A DNA stretch of 39,137 bases from Acidobacteriota bacterium (lineage in GTDB: Bacteria; Acidobacteriota; Terriglobia; Bryobacterales; JACQDG01): contig JACQDG010000022.1 of assembly GCA_016201185.1 (NCBI GenBank), forward strand, positions 1 through 39,137. Direction: 5' to 3'. The position numbers and the translations under genes were made by a program. Under the pieces are notes generated by a model that was not told the origin of the DNA, did no database searches, and worked only from the letters and a program-made list of their open reading frames with translations. Positions 17,978 to 26,935 of this stretch are shown here, in pieces. Position 1 is the stretch's first letter. The number at the start of each line of letters is the position of its first letter.

Positions 17978-18568
17978 CTACTCTATCCGGCAGTCGCCCA
18001 CATAAATCCAGTTCTCGCACCAGCCGGCTTGCTCTTGCCTCACCCCTCGGAACCCATGCACCCGCAGGTGCCGTTGCTCCTCAGGCCACCAGATGCCCAT
18101 TCGGATCGCGTATTCGCCTGACGCCGCCTCTTGCGGAACGGGAACCGGCACCCCGTAGTACAGAAAACCCAACGGATCCAACAGGCGGCGCCCGAACACG
18201 TGGTCCCCCTGGAAACAAATCTCCCCTCCGGCGTCCAGGAAATGGACAAAAACGCGCCATTCCGGCCGGAGACAACGTCCCTGCCACACCATACGCAACC
18301 GCAGCCGCCGGGGTCCGTCTCGGACGCAGCGAAACCGCAGCAGGGAGAGATCGCCTTCAAATGCCACTCCGAAGCGGAGAAAATGCAGACGCCGAATCCA
18401 CTCACCGACCCGCAGTCCCCACGCTCCCGGCGAGAGCGGGCGGCATGCGGGCCGGCGCACACGCCAGCCCCGCAGGTTCGAGAGCAGGTCGTAAACCTGG
18501 CCAAGCTCAATCTTGTTGTTCGCGCCCGGTTCGTAACTGGTATCGATTCCGGCAGTTCTTCCTGACAT
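17978..18568 (-). CDS. Hypothetical protein; free-standing homolog of the C-terminal domain of the GT39-like paralogs
   Basis: 196 aa, with GAGGA 9 nt upstream of the ATG. The segment LSLLRFRCV...LRLRMVWQGRCLRPEWRVFVHFLDAGGEICFQGDH...PVPQEAASGEYAIRMGIW follows the same pattern as the A/C/D C-termini (IRFLGYDW...LSFYWTT...VNLDFRRGGQTVLLQDH...). Confidence 0.55.
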   Translation of the reverse strand: MSGRTAGIDTSYEPGANNKIELGQVYDLLSNLRGWRVRRPACRPLSPGAWGLRVGEWIRRLHFLRFGVAFEGDLSLLRFRCVRDGPRRLRLRMVWQGRCLRPEWRVFVHFLDAGGEICFQGDHVFGRRLLDPLGFLYYGVPVPVPQEAASGEYAIRMGIWWPEEQRHLRVHGFRGVRQEQAGWCENWIYVGDCRIE

Positions 18569-18583
18569 CGCGGCAGATCCTCG

Positions 18584-19786
18584 CTATACCCTGGCCGAGA
18601 GCGCGCGGTCCAGCAAAGCCATGGACCGCGACACCCTTTGATTCGCGCGGCACCACTTGTAGTAAGTGGCGGCGAAGTGTCCAATGCTTTGAGCCATGGC
18701 CCGGACCAAGACCCTCCCCGTCAATCCTGTCGTGTCGCTATTGTCAAACGCCTCGAGCTCCCGCAGCAGGGAATAAAAATGCCTCCGCATGGGGTTGTCT
18801 GTGGAGCTGTGCGGCGGAGCACACAATCCGAAGATCCCTCCCCACGACCGCAAGAAATTAGGCGGGAGTTCACAACATTCCTCCCTCTCCCACAAGCGGC
18901 GCCAGTCTGCCGCTCGTTCCTCCAAGATAGATTCCACTTCGCCGCACAACGCGGCGGCAAGAATGCGAAATTCTCGGTCTCCCTGAATGTCCGACTCGAA
19001 GTCCTGGGCGCCCAGCAGTTCTGGGACAGTCTTCCAGGCCAAGTAGTGGCGCCTCAGGTCATACGAAGCCGAGCGGTTGTGGGAGTGAATCACACGCGCC
19101 GCCGGGTTGTAGGCGATGCACAAGCCTTTTTCCAGCGCCCGCACCCCCCAGTCCAGATCCTCGGCGAATGGCAGCTGGCGAAAGGGCTGCGCCTCCCAGC
19201 AGCTTCGCCTTACAGCCGAGCATACGTTATTGAAGGCCGCCATCTGTAGCCGTTCCGGCAAACTTGCCGTCAGAAAGGAACACCAGTTCTCAACCTGCTG
19301 CAGGCGGAACTCGTCCCCCAGCACACGCCTCGAATATGCAACTTCCCAGAGGGCTACCAGATCGGCGTCCGCCCGCGGAGTTTGGGCGCCCGATACCCCG
19401 GCCACTCGCTCGTTCTCAAAAGGCCGGATCATTTCGGCCAGCCAGTTGGTTCCCTCCGGGACCGCATCCTGCACGAGCAGGACGCCAATCTCTCCTCTCG
19501 CCGCCGCAAGCCCCAGATTGCGCGTTTCTCCGTGATTGAACGATTCCGGCGGAATGGTTAGTACTTTCGCGCCGTAGCTGTCGGCCAGCCGGGGAGTTCC
19601 GTCTACGGAGCCGGAATCCACAACGATCAGTTCCGCAGGAGCAGGGTCTTGGGCCTGAATCGCTTCCAACGTCTCCCGAAAGCCATCTCCGGCATTCTTG
19701 GTCGGAATGACGATCGAGGCGCGGGTTGCCATCTGGGGCGGACACCCCACGAAGGACGGCGTGGGAGCTTTGACCTTCCACAGCAT
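18584..19786 (-). CDS. GT2-family glycosyltransferase (GT-A fold)
   Basis: 400 aa with IVIPTKNAG, LIVVDSGSVDGT, FNHGETRN, LLVQDAVP and AEDLDWG. GGGGAG lies just upstream of ATG 19786. An alternative ATG at 19732 would remove 18 aa. Confidence 0.8.
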   Translation of the reverse strand: MLWKVKAPTPSFVGCPPQMATRASIVIPTKNAGDGFRETLEAIQAQDPAPAELIVVDSGSVDGTPRLADSYGAKVLTIPPESFNHGETRNLGLAAARGEIGVLLVQDAVPEGTNWLAEMIRPFENERVAGVSGAQTPRADADLVALWEVAYSRRVLGDEFRLQQVENWCSFLTASLPERLQMAAFNNVCSAVRRSCWEAQPFRQLPFAEDLDWGVRALEKGLCIAYNPAARVIHSHNRSASYDLRRHYLAWKTVPELLGAQDFESDIQGDREFRILAAALCGEVESILEERAADWRRLWEREECCELPPNFLRSWGGIFGLCAPPHSSTDNPMRRHFYSLLRELEAFDNSDTTGLTGRVLVRAMAQSIGHFAATYYKWCRANQRVSRSMALLDRALSARV

Positions 19787-19827
19787 AACACTCCCCGCCA
19801 GCTATGCGGCGCTGCGGGAACGTCAGG

Positions 19828-19889
19828 GGGTGCGCGACATACCGGCTCGGAATGGCCTTCGGAGCCTCTCACATTTATGTCGCGCACCC
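19828..19889. promoter_or_regulatory. 14-bp perfect inverted repeat (34-nt spacer) in the divergent promoter region of the glycosylation operons
   Basis: gggtgcgcgacata (19828..19841) is the exact reverse complement of tatgtcgcgcaccc (19876..19889). It lies inside the 218-nt gap between the divergent starts at 19786 and 20005. Confidence 0.4.
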
Positions 19890-20004
19890 GAGCGTTAGGG
19901 CAGCGCCTGTCTAGGCGCTCCCCGCAGACTTCGATACAATAGCGGTTCCGGCGGCACACAGCCTCTGGCGGCCGCCCCACCGGGCGGTCGCTCGCCCCAT
20001 TCTT

Positions 20005-23000
20005 ATGTCCCGCGTTTTGACTCCCGAAGAGCGGCGCAAGATCTTCCTCGACGGTCAGGCCGACGCAGCGGACTCGGAACGCATCGGCGCCGAAGAGCGC
20101 TTCTGGCCGCTCCGGTCTCGCAAAGGCCTCACTTCGGGAGACCACTTTGCCCGCTATTTGTTTGCCGCTGGCTACTGTGCCGGCAAGAGGGTGCTGGACA
20201 TCGCCTGCGGAACCGGCTACGGCTCCTACATCCTCAAGACGCTCGGGGCCTCCGAGGTCGTCGGAGTGGATTACAACCGGGCTGTCATCGACGTCGCCCG
20301 CCGCGCGTACAGCGCCCCGGGCATCCATTTCCTAACGGGTGATGCGGCAGCGCTCCGCCTGGCGGGCGAGCCCTTCGAGGTGGTCGTCTCTTTCGAGACT
20401 TTGGAGCACCTCGCGGACCCGGACGCCTTCCTCGAGACTATCCGGCGTCACCTCGCCCCGGACGGACTCTTCATCGTCTCCTGTCCTCACGACGCGCGCA
20501 GCTCCTGGGTCAGCTCGTTCCACGTGCAACACTACACCTACCCGGAATTCCGCGCGGTGGTGGCCCGGTATTTCCCCAACCCGATTCCGGTCGCTCAGAT
20601 CCACGGCATCGCCTCGCTGGTCCTGCCGCTGGAGGCCGCTGGGGCCGATGATCTCGCGCCGGCGGCGTTTGAGCGGGCGTATCTCGAGGTCGGCAAGCCC
20701 GTCGAGGACAGCGATGGGTTCCTGCTGCTGTGCGGCGCTATGCCTCATCCGCCGCAACCGCTGGCCGTCCTCACCAAGAACCTTTCGGACTTCCTGCAGG
20801 AGATCTTCTCCGGAGTAAGCTACATGCGGGAGCGTTTCCCCCGCCTGGAGGCCGACCTCGCCCAGACGCTCTCCAAGCTGGGTCGCGCGAACCGGCGGCT
20901 CATCGCCGTGACTCGGGCCCTGGACAACCAGAAGGCATACACTCTGGAGGTCCAGCACAACCGGGACGCCATGTACTACTCGCGCACCTGGCAACTCATG
21001 CTCGCCTGCCGGGACGCGCTCCGTTCGGTTCGAGGCCTGATCCAGCTTCCCCTGCGGGTGGCGCGGATTCTCACGCAACCGCCGCAGCTTTCCGGCGGCG
21101 GGGAGGCCAAGCCGCCGCTGGGGGTTTTGGCCCAATATCTGCCCCACCGGAAATCGTCGATCGCCGGGTGGCCGGCCAACCGCCCGCTCGTCACCATCGG
21201 GATTCCCTGCCACAACTACGGTCGCTTTCTCCGCGAGTGCATCGCGAGCATAGCGGCTTCGACCTTTCAGGATTTCGAGATCATCGTCGTGAACGATGGC
21301 TCGACCGATCCTGACACGCTGGCGGTGCTGGCCGAACTCGAGCAGTCCCCGCCGCCGGGCATCCGATTCCGCGTTGTCCACCAGGAAAACCAGGGCCTGG
21401 CCGCCGCTCGTAATAAGGGGTCCGCCCTGGCGCTCGGGAAGTATGTCGTATCGCTCGACGCCGATGACCGTATTGAACCGACCTATCTGGAGAAGGCCCT
21501 TTGGGCGCTGGAGCACAACCCCGAGTACGCCTTTTGTTATTCCCTGGTGCAAATGTTCGGCGCCGAGGAAGCCGTCTGGAAGACCGAGCCGTTCAGCCTG
21601 GAAAGGGCGTTGCGCTACAATCACGTTCCAACGGCAGCCGTATTCCGCAAGGAGGCGTGGGTCGAGGCAGGCGGTTTCCGCGACGAGCTCTACGGCCAGG
21701 ATGACTGGAATTTCTGGATCACGCTCGGCGCCAAGGGCTGGGACGGCTTCCTGATTGAGGAGCCTCTGTTCTTTTACCGCAAGCATGAAAGCAGCATGTG
21801 GTCCGGCCTGCCCCCGGAGGAACGGCAGCGGACGGCCCAGAAGATCCAGTCCATGCACGCCTACCTATTCGGCCATGGCGATAGCCGGGAAGCCGAGGCG
21901 TTCCACCCGCCCCAAGATCCGGTCGTGCGCGCCGCTTTGGACCATCCCGAACCTCCACCCTCGCGCGGCGGCCCGATCGTCGAGCGCCGGCATCTGAACT
22001 TTGGCAACGGCAAGCCGGCCCTGCTGTTTGCCATTCCCTGGATGGATCTGGGCGGCGCAGAGCAGGTGGTGCTGCAAGTGATGCAGGGGTTAGCCGCGGA
22101 CTACAACCTGGCCGTCGTCACGACACTGGATTCGCAGCATGAATGGGAGGCCGAGTTTCGACGGCTCACACCGTGGATTTATCACTTGGCGCGACTTCCC
22201 CTGCGCGCTCCGGCGGAGTATCTTCGTGAACTCATCCGCCTTCACAACCTCTGCGGCTTAGTGATTTCAGGCACGGCTCTGGCCTACGAGGCCCTGCCGG
22301 CGCTAAAGCAGGGCCTGGATCTGTGGACCGCCGATATCGTTCACAACACGGCGCCGGAAGGGTATTTGGCGACTGCCATTCGCCAGGACCCCTATATCGA
22401 CTGTCATTTCGCCGTGGGCAGGCCGCAGCACGAAGGGCTCGTCCGCCAAGGAGGCGTGCCTCAGGAGAAGGTCCGCCTGGCCCCCACTGCCGCCGACGCC
22501 AGCGTGCGGTTCAACCCCGCCCCATACGCCTCTCGGCTGCCCGAGATCCGCCGCAAGTTCGGTCTGATCGGCGGCGAAACCGTCCTCACTTACACGGGGC
22601 GCCTGGCCGTTGAGAAGGACGTTCCGTTGTTTGTCCGGGTAGTCTCCGAGCTGGTGCGACGGCATCCGGACAAACACTTTCGGGCTTTCATCGCGGGAGA
22701 TGGGCCGGAACTGGCCCGCATAGAGCACGAAATCCGGGCGCGGGGCCTGCAAAGCGTCATCGACCTGCTGGGCTTTTGCGACAACATCCCGGAAATGCTG
22801 GCCGTTTCCCGCTTCGCTTTTTTGACCTCGCGCTTCGAGGGCAGCTCGATCACCCTGCTAGAAGCCATGAGCATGCGGCAGGTAGTTCTGGCGACCGACG
22901 TGGGCAACATCCGCGACGTGATCGAGAACGGGGTGAACGGCTTCATTGTTCCCAGCCGCGAGCCGGCCGACTTTGCGGCGCGGGTCGGCGAAGTGCTGGC

Positions 23001-23136
23001 CGATGCGGCGCGCGAAGCCGAGATCAGCAAGTGCGCCCGCCGGACGGTCCTCGAACGCTACGAGCTCTCCTCCATGGTTCGCATCTATGCCGACGCGATC
23101 GCCCAGGCCCTGGCTGAGCGCCGGCAGCCGGCATGA
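20005..23136 (+). CDS. Trifunctional fusion: class I SAM methyltransferase + helical linker + GT2 + GT4/GT1 glycosyltransferase
   Basis: 1043 aa. MT motif I is VLDIACGTGYGS. The helical linker spans about 20770..21060 (RLEADLAQTLSKLGRANRRLIAVTRALDNQKAYTLEV...YSRTWQLM). GT2 motifs: IGIPCHNYG, VVNDGSTD, SLDADD at 21457..21468, QDDWNFWI. GT4 motifs: YTGRLAVEKD, FEGSSITLLEAMSM. Confidence 0.85.
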   Translation: MSRVLTPEERRKIFLDGQADAADSERIGAEERFWPLRSRKGLTSGDHFARYLFAAGYCAGKRVLDIACGTGYGSYILKTLGASEVVGVDYNRAVIDVARRAYSAPGIHFLTGDAAALRLAGEPFEVVVSFETLEHLADPDAFLETIRRHLAPDGLFIVSCPHDARSSWVSSFHVQHYTYPEFRAVVARYFPNPIPVAQIHGIASLVLPLEAAGADDLAPAAFERAYLEVGKPVEDSDGFLLLCGAMPHPPQPLAVLTKNLSDFLQEIFSGVSYMRERFPRLEADLAQTLSKLGRANRRLIAVTRALDNQKAYTLEVQHNRDAMYYSRTWQLMLACRDALRSVRGLIQLPLRVARILTQPPQLSGGGEAKPPLGVLAQYLPHRKSSIAGWPANRPLVTIGIPCHNYGRFLRECIASIAASTFQDFEIIVVNDGSTDPDTLAVLAELEQSPPPGIRFRVVHQENQGLAAARNKGSALALGKYVVSLDADDRIEPTYLEKALWALEHNPEYAFCYSLVQMFGAEEAVWKTEPFSLERALRYNHVPTAAVFRKEAWVEAGGFRDELYGQDDWNFWITLGAKGWDGFLIEEPLFFYRKHESSMWSGLPPEERQRTAQKIQSMHAYLFGHGDSREAEAFHPPQDPVVRAALDHPEPPPSRGGPIVERRHLNFGNGKPALLFAIPWMDLGGAEQVVLQVMQGLAADYNLAVVTTLDSQHEWEAEFRRLTPWIYHLARLPLRAPAEYLRELIRLHNLCGLVISGTALAYEALPALKQGLDLWTADIVHNTAPEGYLATAIRQDPYIDCHFAVGRPQHEGLVRQGGVPQEKVRLAPTAADASVRFNPAPYASRLPEIRRKFGLIGGETVLTYTGRLAVEKDVPLFVRVVSELVRRHPDKHFRAFIAGDGPELARIEHEIRARGLQSVIDLLGFCDNIPEMLAVSRFAFLTSRFEGSSITLLEAMSMRQVVLATDVGNIRDVIENGVNGFIVPSREPADFAARVGEVLADAAREAEISKCARRTVLERYELSSMVRIYADAIAQALAERRQPA

Positions 23137-25262
23137 AAAACTCCAGCCTTCTTTCTCAAGCCGACACCACCGGTTCAAGGCGCGAGGACGTGCTCTGTGG
23201 TGCGCTGCTGGCCCTGTTTACCCTCTGCTTGTTGCTGGTGGCCCGCTCCTATCACCTTACCGACCGGCGCCCGCCTACCTTTGACGACGCCTGGTACCTG
23301 GAATCCAGCCTGCATTTCTATCACCAGCTCACCAGCGGCGGCCTGCCCGAACTGGTCTCCGCTTATGCCGGATCGTTCCGAACCAAGGCGCCTTTGATCT
23401 CGGTGCTGCCCCTGCCTTTTTATTTGCTCCTGGGCGAGCGCTTTCAATCGGCCATACTGGTGAATTTCACCTTCCTCGCGCTGACCAGCGTCTACCTTTT
23501 CCTGCTGGGACGCCGGCTGTTCTCGGCCGGCGTGGGGCTGGCAGCGGTGGTGTTTTACCAGACCATGCCGCTGGCGTATGGCCTGGCGCGGGTCTTCATG
23601 CCGGATTACGGGCTGGCTGCCCTGGTGGTGATCTGGCTGTATTACCTGGCAGCTTCCGATCGGCTCCGCCGGGGGAGCGCCATTTTCGCCCTGGGGGTGG
23701 TTTCAGGCCTCGGCCTGCTGATGAAGATCCTGTTTCCTGTTTATGTCGCCGCACCGCTGCTGGTTGTTTTGCTGCGGCGCCGCAAGGAAAAGCCGGAACC
23801 GGCCGAAGAAGCTTTCTGGCTCTGGCGCTTTGGAGCGCGACATCCCCTGGTCGCCCTGGCAGCGCCGTGCCTGGCCCTGGCCGCGAGCTGGTATCCCTTC
23901 CATCTCGGGACCATCTTGCGCTACGCCTGGGAGGCCGGCTACGGCGAGATCGGCAGCCAATACAGTGATGCCGGCGTGGCCCGATGGATCGTTCAGGTCA
24001 TTAACGAGGGCATGTCGTCTTACTATGCGGCGGCGTTTGGCATGCTGGGCTTGGCGGCGCTCGCCTTGGTTAGGCCGCCTCACGTGGCGGGCCCGTCCGG
24101 CCGGGGCGACCGTGCCGGGCTGCTTCTGGGTTGGATCGTTCCTCCGCTGCTGGCGATCGTTGCCGGGCGCAACCGCGAGATCCGCTTCATCCTCCCCGTG
24201 CTGCCGGCCTTCGCCCTGCTGCTGGCGGCTTCCGTATTCCGGCTGGGGCGCCGGCCCGCGGTACAGGCGCTCCTGGTGGCGCTGCTGGCGATCGTTCCGC
24301 TGCGCTTGTTTGCGGTGTTAAGTTCCCATTCCTCCGTGCCGCAGCACCACGGCTTCGAACACCCTCTGATGCTGGGGCCTTTCATTCTCTTCGGCCGCGA
24401 TCTCGGCTGGGCGCGCCCGCCGGATGCCGAAGGCCGCTGGGGCCAGGAGCGGATTCTCGGGGCCCTGGATCAGATGGGCCCCCCTTCTGCCACTCCTCGC
24501 TACGTGGTGGTTGGGGTGGAGCATCGCTTTCTGAACGCCAACCTGCTCAGTTACCTGAATTCCTACACCCACTATCCCCTGCTGTTCCATTCCCTGGGCT
24601 ACGCGGAATCTTCCGAGGAGCGGGCCGTGGAGCGCATTTACAGCCTGGATGCCCGTTTCCTCGTCACGGCCGAAGGGTTCCACAGCTTCGAGCTGGCACA
24701 AGTTTTCAACCAGGTGAACGGCGGGATTCAGCAGCGGCTGGATCGCGGAGAACTGCCCTTCCGCCTGCGGGCCAAGGTGGCCCTCACCGATCGGGTGAAA
24801 GCGGCCATCTATGAGCGGGAATCGCCTTGGGTTCGCTTTTTGCCTGGCGCGCCGGCGGAGGCGCCTTCTCATCCCTTGCCCGTGGATTTCTACGGGGGGA
24901 TCCGCTTCCTGGGCTACGACTGGAAGCGCGTCAATCCTTATCTGTACCAGCTCTCTTTCTACTGGACGACTGTGCATCGGGTCTACGAGGACTACCGCGT
25001 AAACCTGGATTTCCGGCGAGGAGGGCAAACCGTTTTGCTCCAGGACCACTATGTTGGCGGCGGCCTGCATCCCTTCTACGAATGGGAGCCGGGCGAGGTG
25101 GTAAAGCAAAGCATGGCTGTGTACTCGCCGGTGGGCGGGCCGTCCGGGCCATCGGAGTGCCGCCTGTGGCTGACCCGGTGGGGCATGGGCGACCCGCATC
25201 AGATCACGGATCCGAAGGAAATGATCCACCAGAGTGTGGTTCCATTGAGGCTGGAGGAATGA
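23133..25262 (+). CDS. GT-C membrane glycosyltransferase, GT39/PMT_2-like, paralog A (full length with C-terminal domain)
   Basis: 709 aa, with an ATGA overlap to the upstream gene. Motifs: FDDAWYLESSLHFYH, KAPLISVLPLPFYLL, GLGLLMKILFP. It has a periplasmic segment (VVGVEHRFLNANLLSYL...SLGYAESS) and a C-terminal beta domain (IRFLGYDWK...LWLTRWG). Confidence 0.8.
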   Translation: MKNSSLLSQADTTGSRREDVLCGALLALFTLCLLLVARSYHLTDRRPPTFDDAWYLESSLHFYHQLTSGGLPELVSAYAGSFRTKAPLISVLPLPFYLLLGERFQSAILVNFTFLALTSVYLFLLGRRLFSAGVGLAAVVFYQTMPLAYGLARVFMPDYGLAALVVIWLYYLAASDRLRRGSAIFALGVVSGLGLLMKILFPVYVAAPLLVVLLRRRKEKPEPAEEAFWLWRFGARHPLVALAAPCLALAASWYPFHLGTILRYAWEAGYGEIGSQYSDAGVARWIVQVINEGMSSYYAAAFGMLGLAALALVRPPHVAGPSGRGDRAGLLLGWIVPPLLAIVAGRNREIRFILPVLPAFALLLAASVFRLGRRPAVQALLVALLAIVPLRLFAVLSSHSSVPQHHGFEHPLMLGPFILFGRDLGWARPPDAEGRWGQERILGALDQMGPPSATPRYVVVGVEHRFLNANLLSYLNSYTHYPLLFHSLGYAESSEERAVERIYSLDARFLVTAEGFHSFELAQVFNQVNGGIQQRLDRGELPFRLRAKVALTDRVKAAIYERESPWVRFLPGAPAEAPSHPLPVDFYGGIRFLGYDWKRVNPYLYQLSFYWTTVHRVYEDYRVNLDFRRGGQTVLLQDHYVGGGLHPFYEWEPGEVVKQSMAVYSPVGGPSGPSECRLWLTRWGMGDPHQITDPKEMIHQSVVPLRLEE

Positions 25263-26935
25263 GCCCGGAGCCGCAACCCCTCCCTCGCCCCGGCGCTGCT
25301 CGAGAGGCGTTCTGCTGGTCGGCGCTGGCCCTCTTTACCCTTTTTTTGCTGGTGGTCAACCACTATTACTACCTGAAGAACACCCGCGTTCCCATTCAGG
25401 ATGAAGCCTGGTACCTGGAGACCAGCCTTCATCTCTACCACGGCCTGGCCGATCGTGATCTGGATCGTTTCGTTTACCATTACAAGACCGCGTTCCAGAC
25501 CAAGGCCCCTCTGATCTCCGTTCTCCCCTTGCCTTTTTACCTGCTGTTCGGGCCCAGCCGTTGGTCGGCGCTGCAGGTGAATGGTTTGTTCTTGGTTGTA
25601 TCCAATCTGTGGCTGTTTCTCCTGGCGCGGCGGCTCTTCTCGGCCGAAGTGGGATTGGCCGCCGTTGTGTACTACCAAACCATGCCTTTGGCTTTCGGAC
25701 TTTCGCGGACCCTGATGGTCGAGTATGGCCTGGCCGCCCTGGTCCTGGTCTGGCTCTATTGCTTGGTGGCCTCCGATGGACTGAGCCGGGGCGTGGCCAA
25801 CTTTATGCTGGGCGTGGTCCTGGGTCTCGGCCTGCTGATGAAGGTTATTTTTCCCGTCTTCATTGCGGGACCGTTCCTGGTCGTGTGGCTGACGCGCCGC
25901 CGTCACGGAGCGGTCCCTCGTGCTGAGTCTCCGTTTTGGCGCTCCTGCGCCCGCTGGCCGCTGGCGGCCATCGCCCTTCCGGCCTTGGCCATTGCCGGCT
26001 CCTGGTACGCTTTCAATCTGATTCACGTGTTGCAGTTCGCCTGGGAAAATACTTTCGGCCAGATTGCCTCCGGGTATGTCGCTCCGGGGCAGTCCTCCCG
26101 GCTCCTGCTCGTGATCAATGAAGGCATTTCGTCTTACTACACGACAGTTGTGGCAGTTCTGGGATTCGCTGCCCTGGCGGCGGCCGTGAGACGCCTGGGT
26201 TGGAAGAAGCTAGTCTCGAACGAACGCGCCCTGCTTTTGCTTGGCTGGTTGGTCCCTCCCATGCTTGTTATGGCGGCCAGCACAAACCGGGAGATCCGTT
26301 TCGCCATTCCGTTGCTGCCCGTAATCGCCATCTTCTTCGCGGTTTCAATCTTTCATTTGGGCCGCCGGCGGGGCTGGCAGGCGATTCTGGCGCTGCTGAT
26401 CGTCATTTTTCCGTTGCGGCTTTTTGCCGAACTCAGTTTTCCCGCGCGCGCGCATTCTCATGACAACACTATACAATGGGGGCCTTTCCTGATTTTCCGG
26501 CACGTGATGGCCTGGGCCCATCCACCCGATTCGCAGGGCGCCTGGGACCAGCAGCGGATCGTCGAAGCGATTCATCGCATGGATACGCCGGAGGCGGAGT
26601 CTCACTACGTTGTCGTGGGCGTGGAGCACCCCTATTTCAATGCCAATCTGCTCAACTATCTGGATGCGTACCGGCGATCCAACCTGCACTTTACTTCCTT
26701 GGGCTACGCCGAGTCTTCCGCGGACCGGGCCATCGAGCGAATCAACAAGCTGGATGCGCGCTTCCTGGTCATGGCGGAGGGTTTCCACAACTTCGAGCTG
26801 AGCGATTTCTTGAACCAGATCAACGGCGGGATTCAACACCGCCTCGATCAGGGGCAACTGCCCTTTCGTTTTCGGGCCCGCATACCGCTCGATGGCGGCA
26901 TCCAGGCTGTCATCTACCAGAGGGAAGCGCCGTGA
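25259..26935 (+). CDS. GT39/PMT_2-like paralog B (lacks the C-terminal domain)
   Basis: The track ORF starts at 24827 (TTG) inside paralog A. I start at ATG 25259 (MSPEPQPLPRPG...), which forms an ATGA overlap with the stop of A. The protein is 558 aa and collinear with A and C up to IYQREAP*. Confidence 0.75.
   Translation: MSPEPQPLPRPGAAREAFCWSALALFTLFLLVVNHYYYLKNTRVPIQDEAWYLETSLHLYHGLADRDLDRFVYHYKTAFQTKAPLISVLPLPFYLLFGPSRWSALQVNGLFLVVSNLWLFLLARRLFSAEVGLAAVVYYQTMPLAFGLSRTLMVEYGLAALVLVWLYCLVASDGLSRGVANFMLGVVLGLGLLMKVIFPVFIAGPFLVVWLTRRRHGAVPRAESPFWRSCARWPLAAIALPALAIAGSWYAFNLIHVLQFAWENTFGQIASGYVAPGQSSRLLLVINEGISSYYTTVVAVLGFAALAAAVRRLGWKKLVSNERALLLLGWLVPPMLVMAASTNREIRFAIPLLPVIAIFFAVSIFHLGRRRGWQAILALLIVIFPLRLFAELSFPARAHSHDNTIQWGPFLIFRHVMAWAHPPDSQGAWDQQRIVEAIHRMDTPEAESHYVVVGVEHPYFNANLLNYLDAYRRSNLHFTSLGYAESSADRAIERINKLDARFLVMAEGFHNFELSDFLNQINGGIQHRLDQGQLPFRFRARIPLDGGIQAVIYQREAP

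Noticed and set aside
24827-25258. TTG-initiated extension of paralog B into paralog A, with analogous extensions at 26476..26931 for C, 32334..32732 for the GtrB-like gene and 16438..16491 for D
   Set aside because: The extensions lie inside the preceding genes in other frames and have junk composition. The homologous N-termini of the paralogs align from the internal starts, which form 1-4 nt coupling overlaps with the upstream stops.
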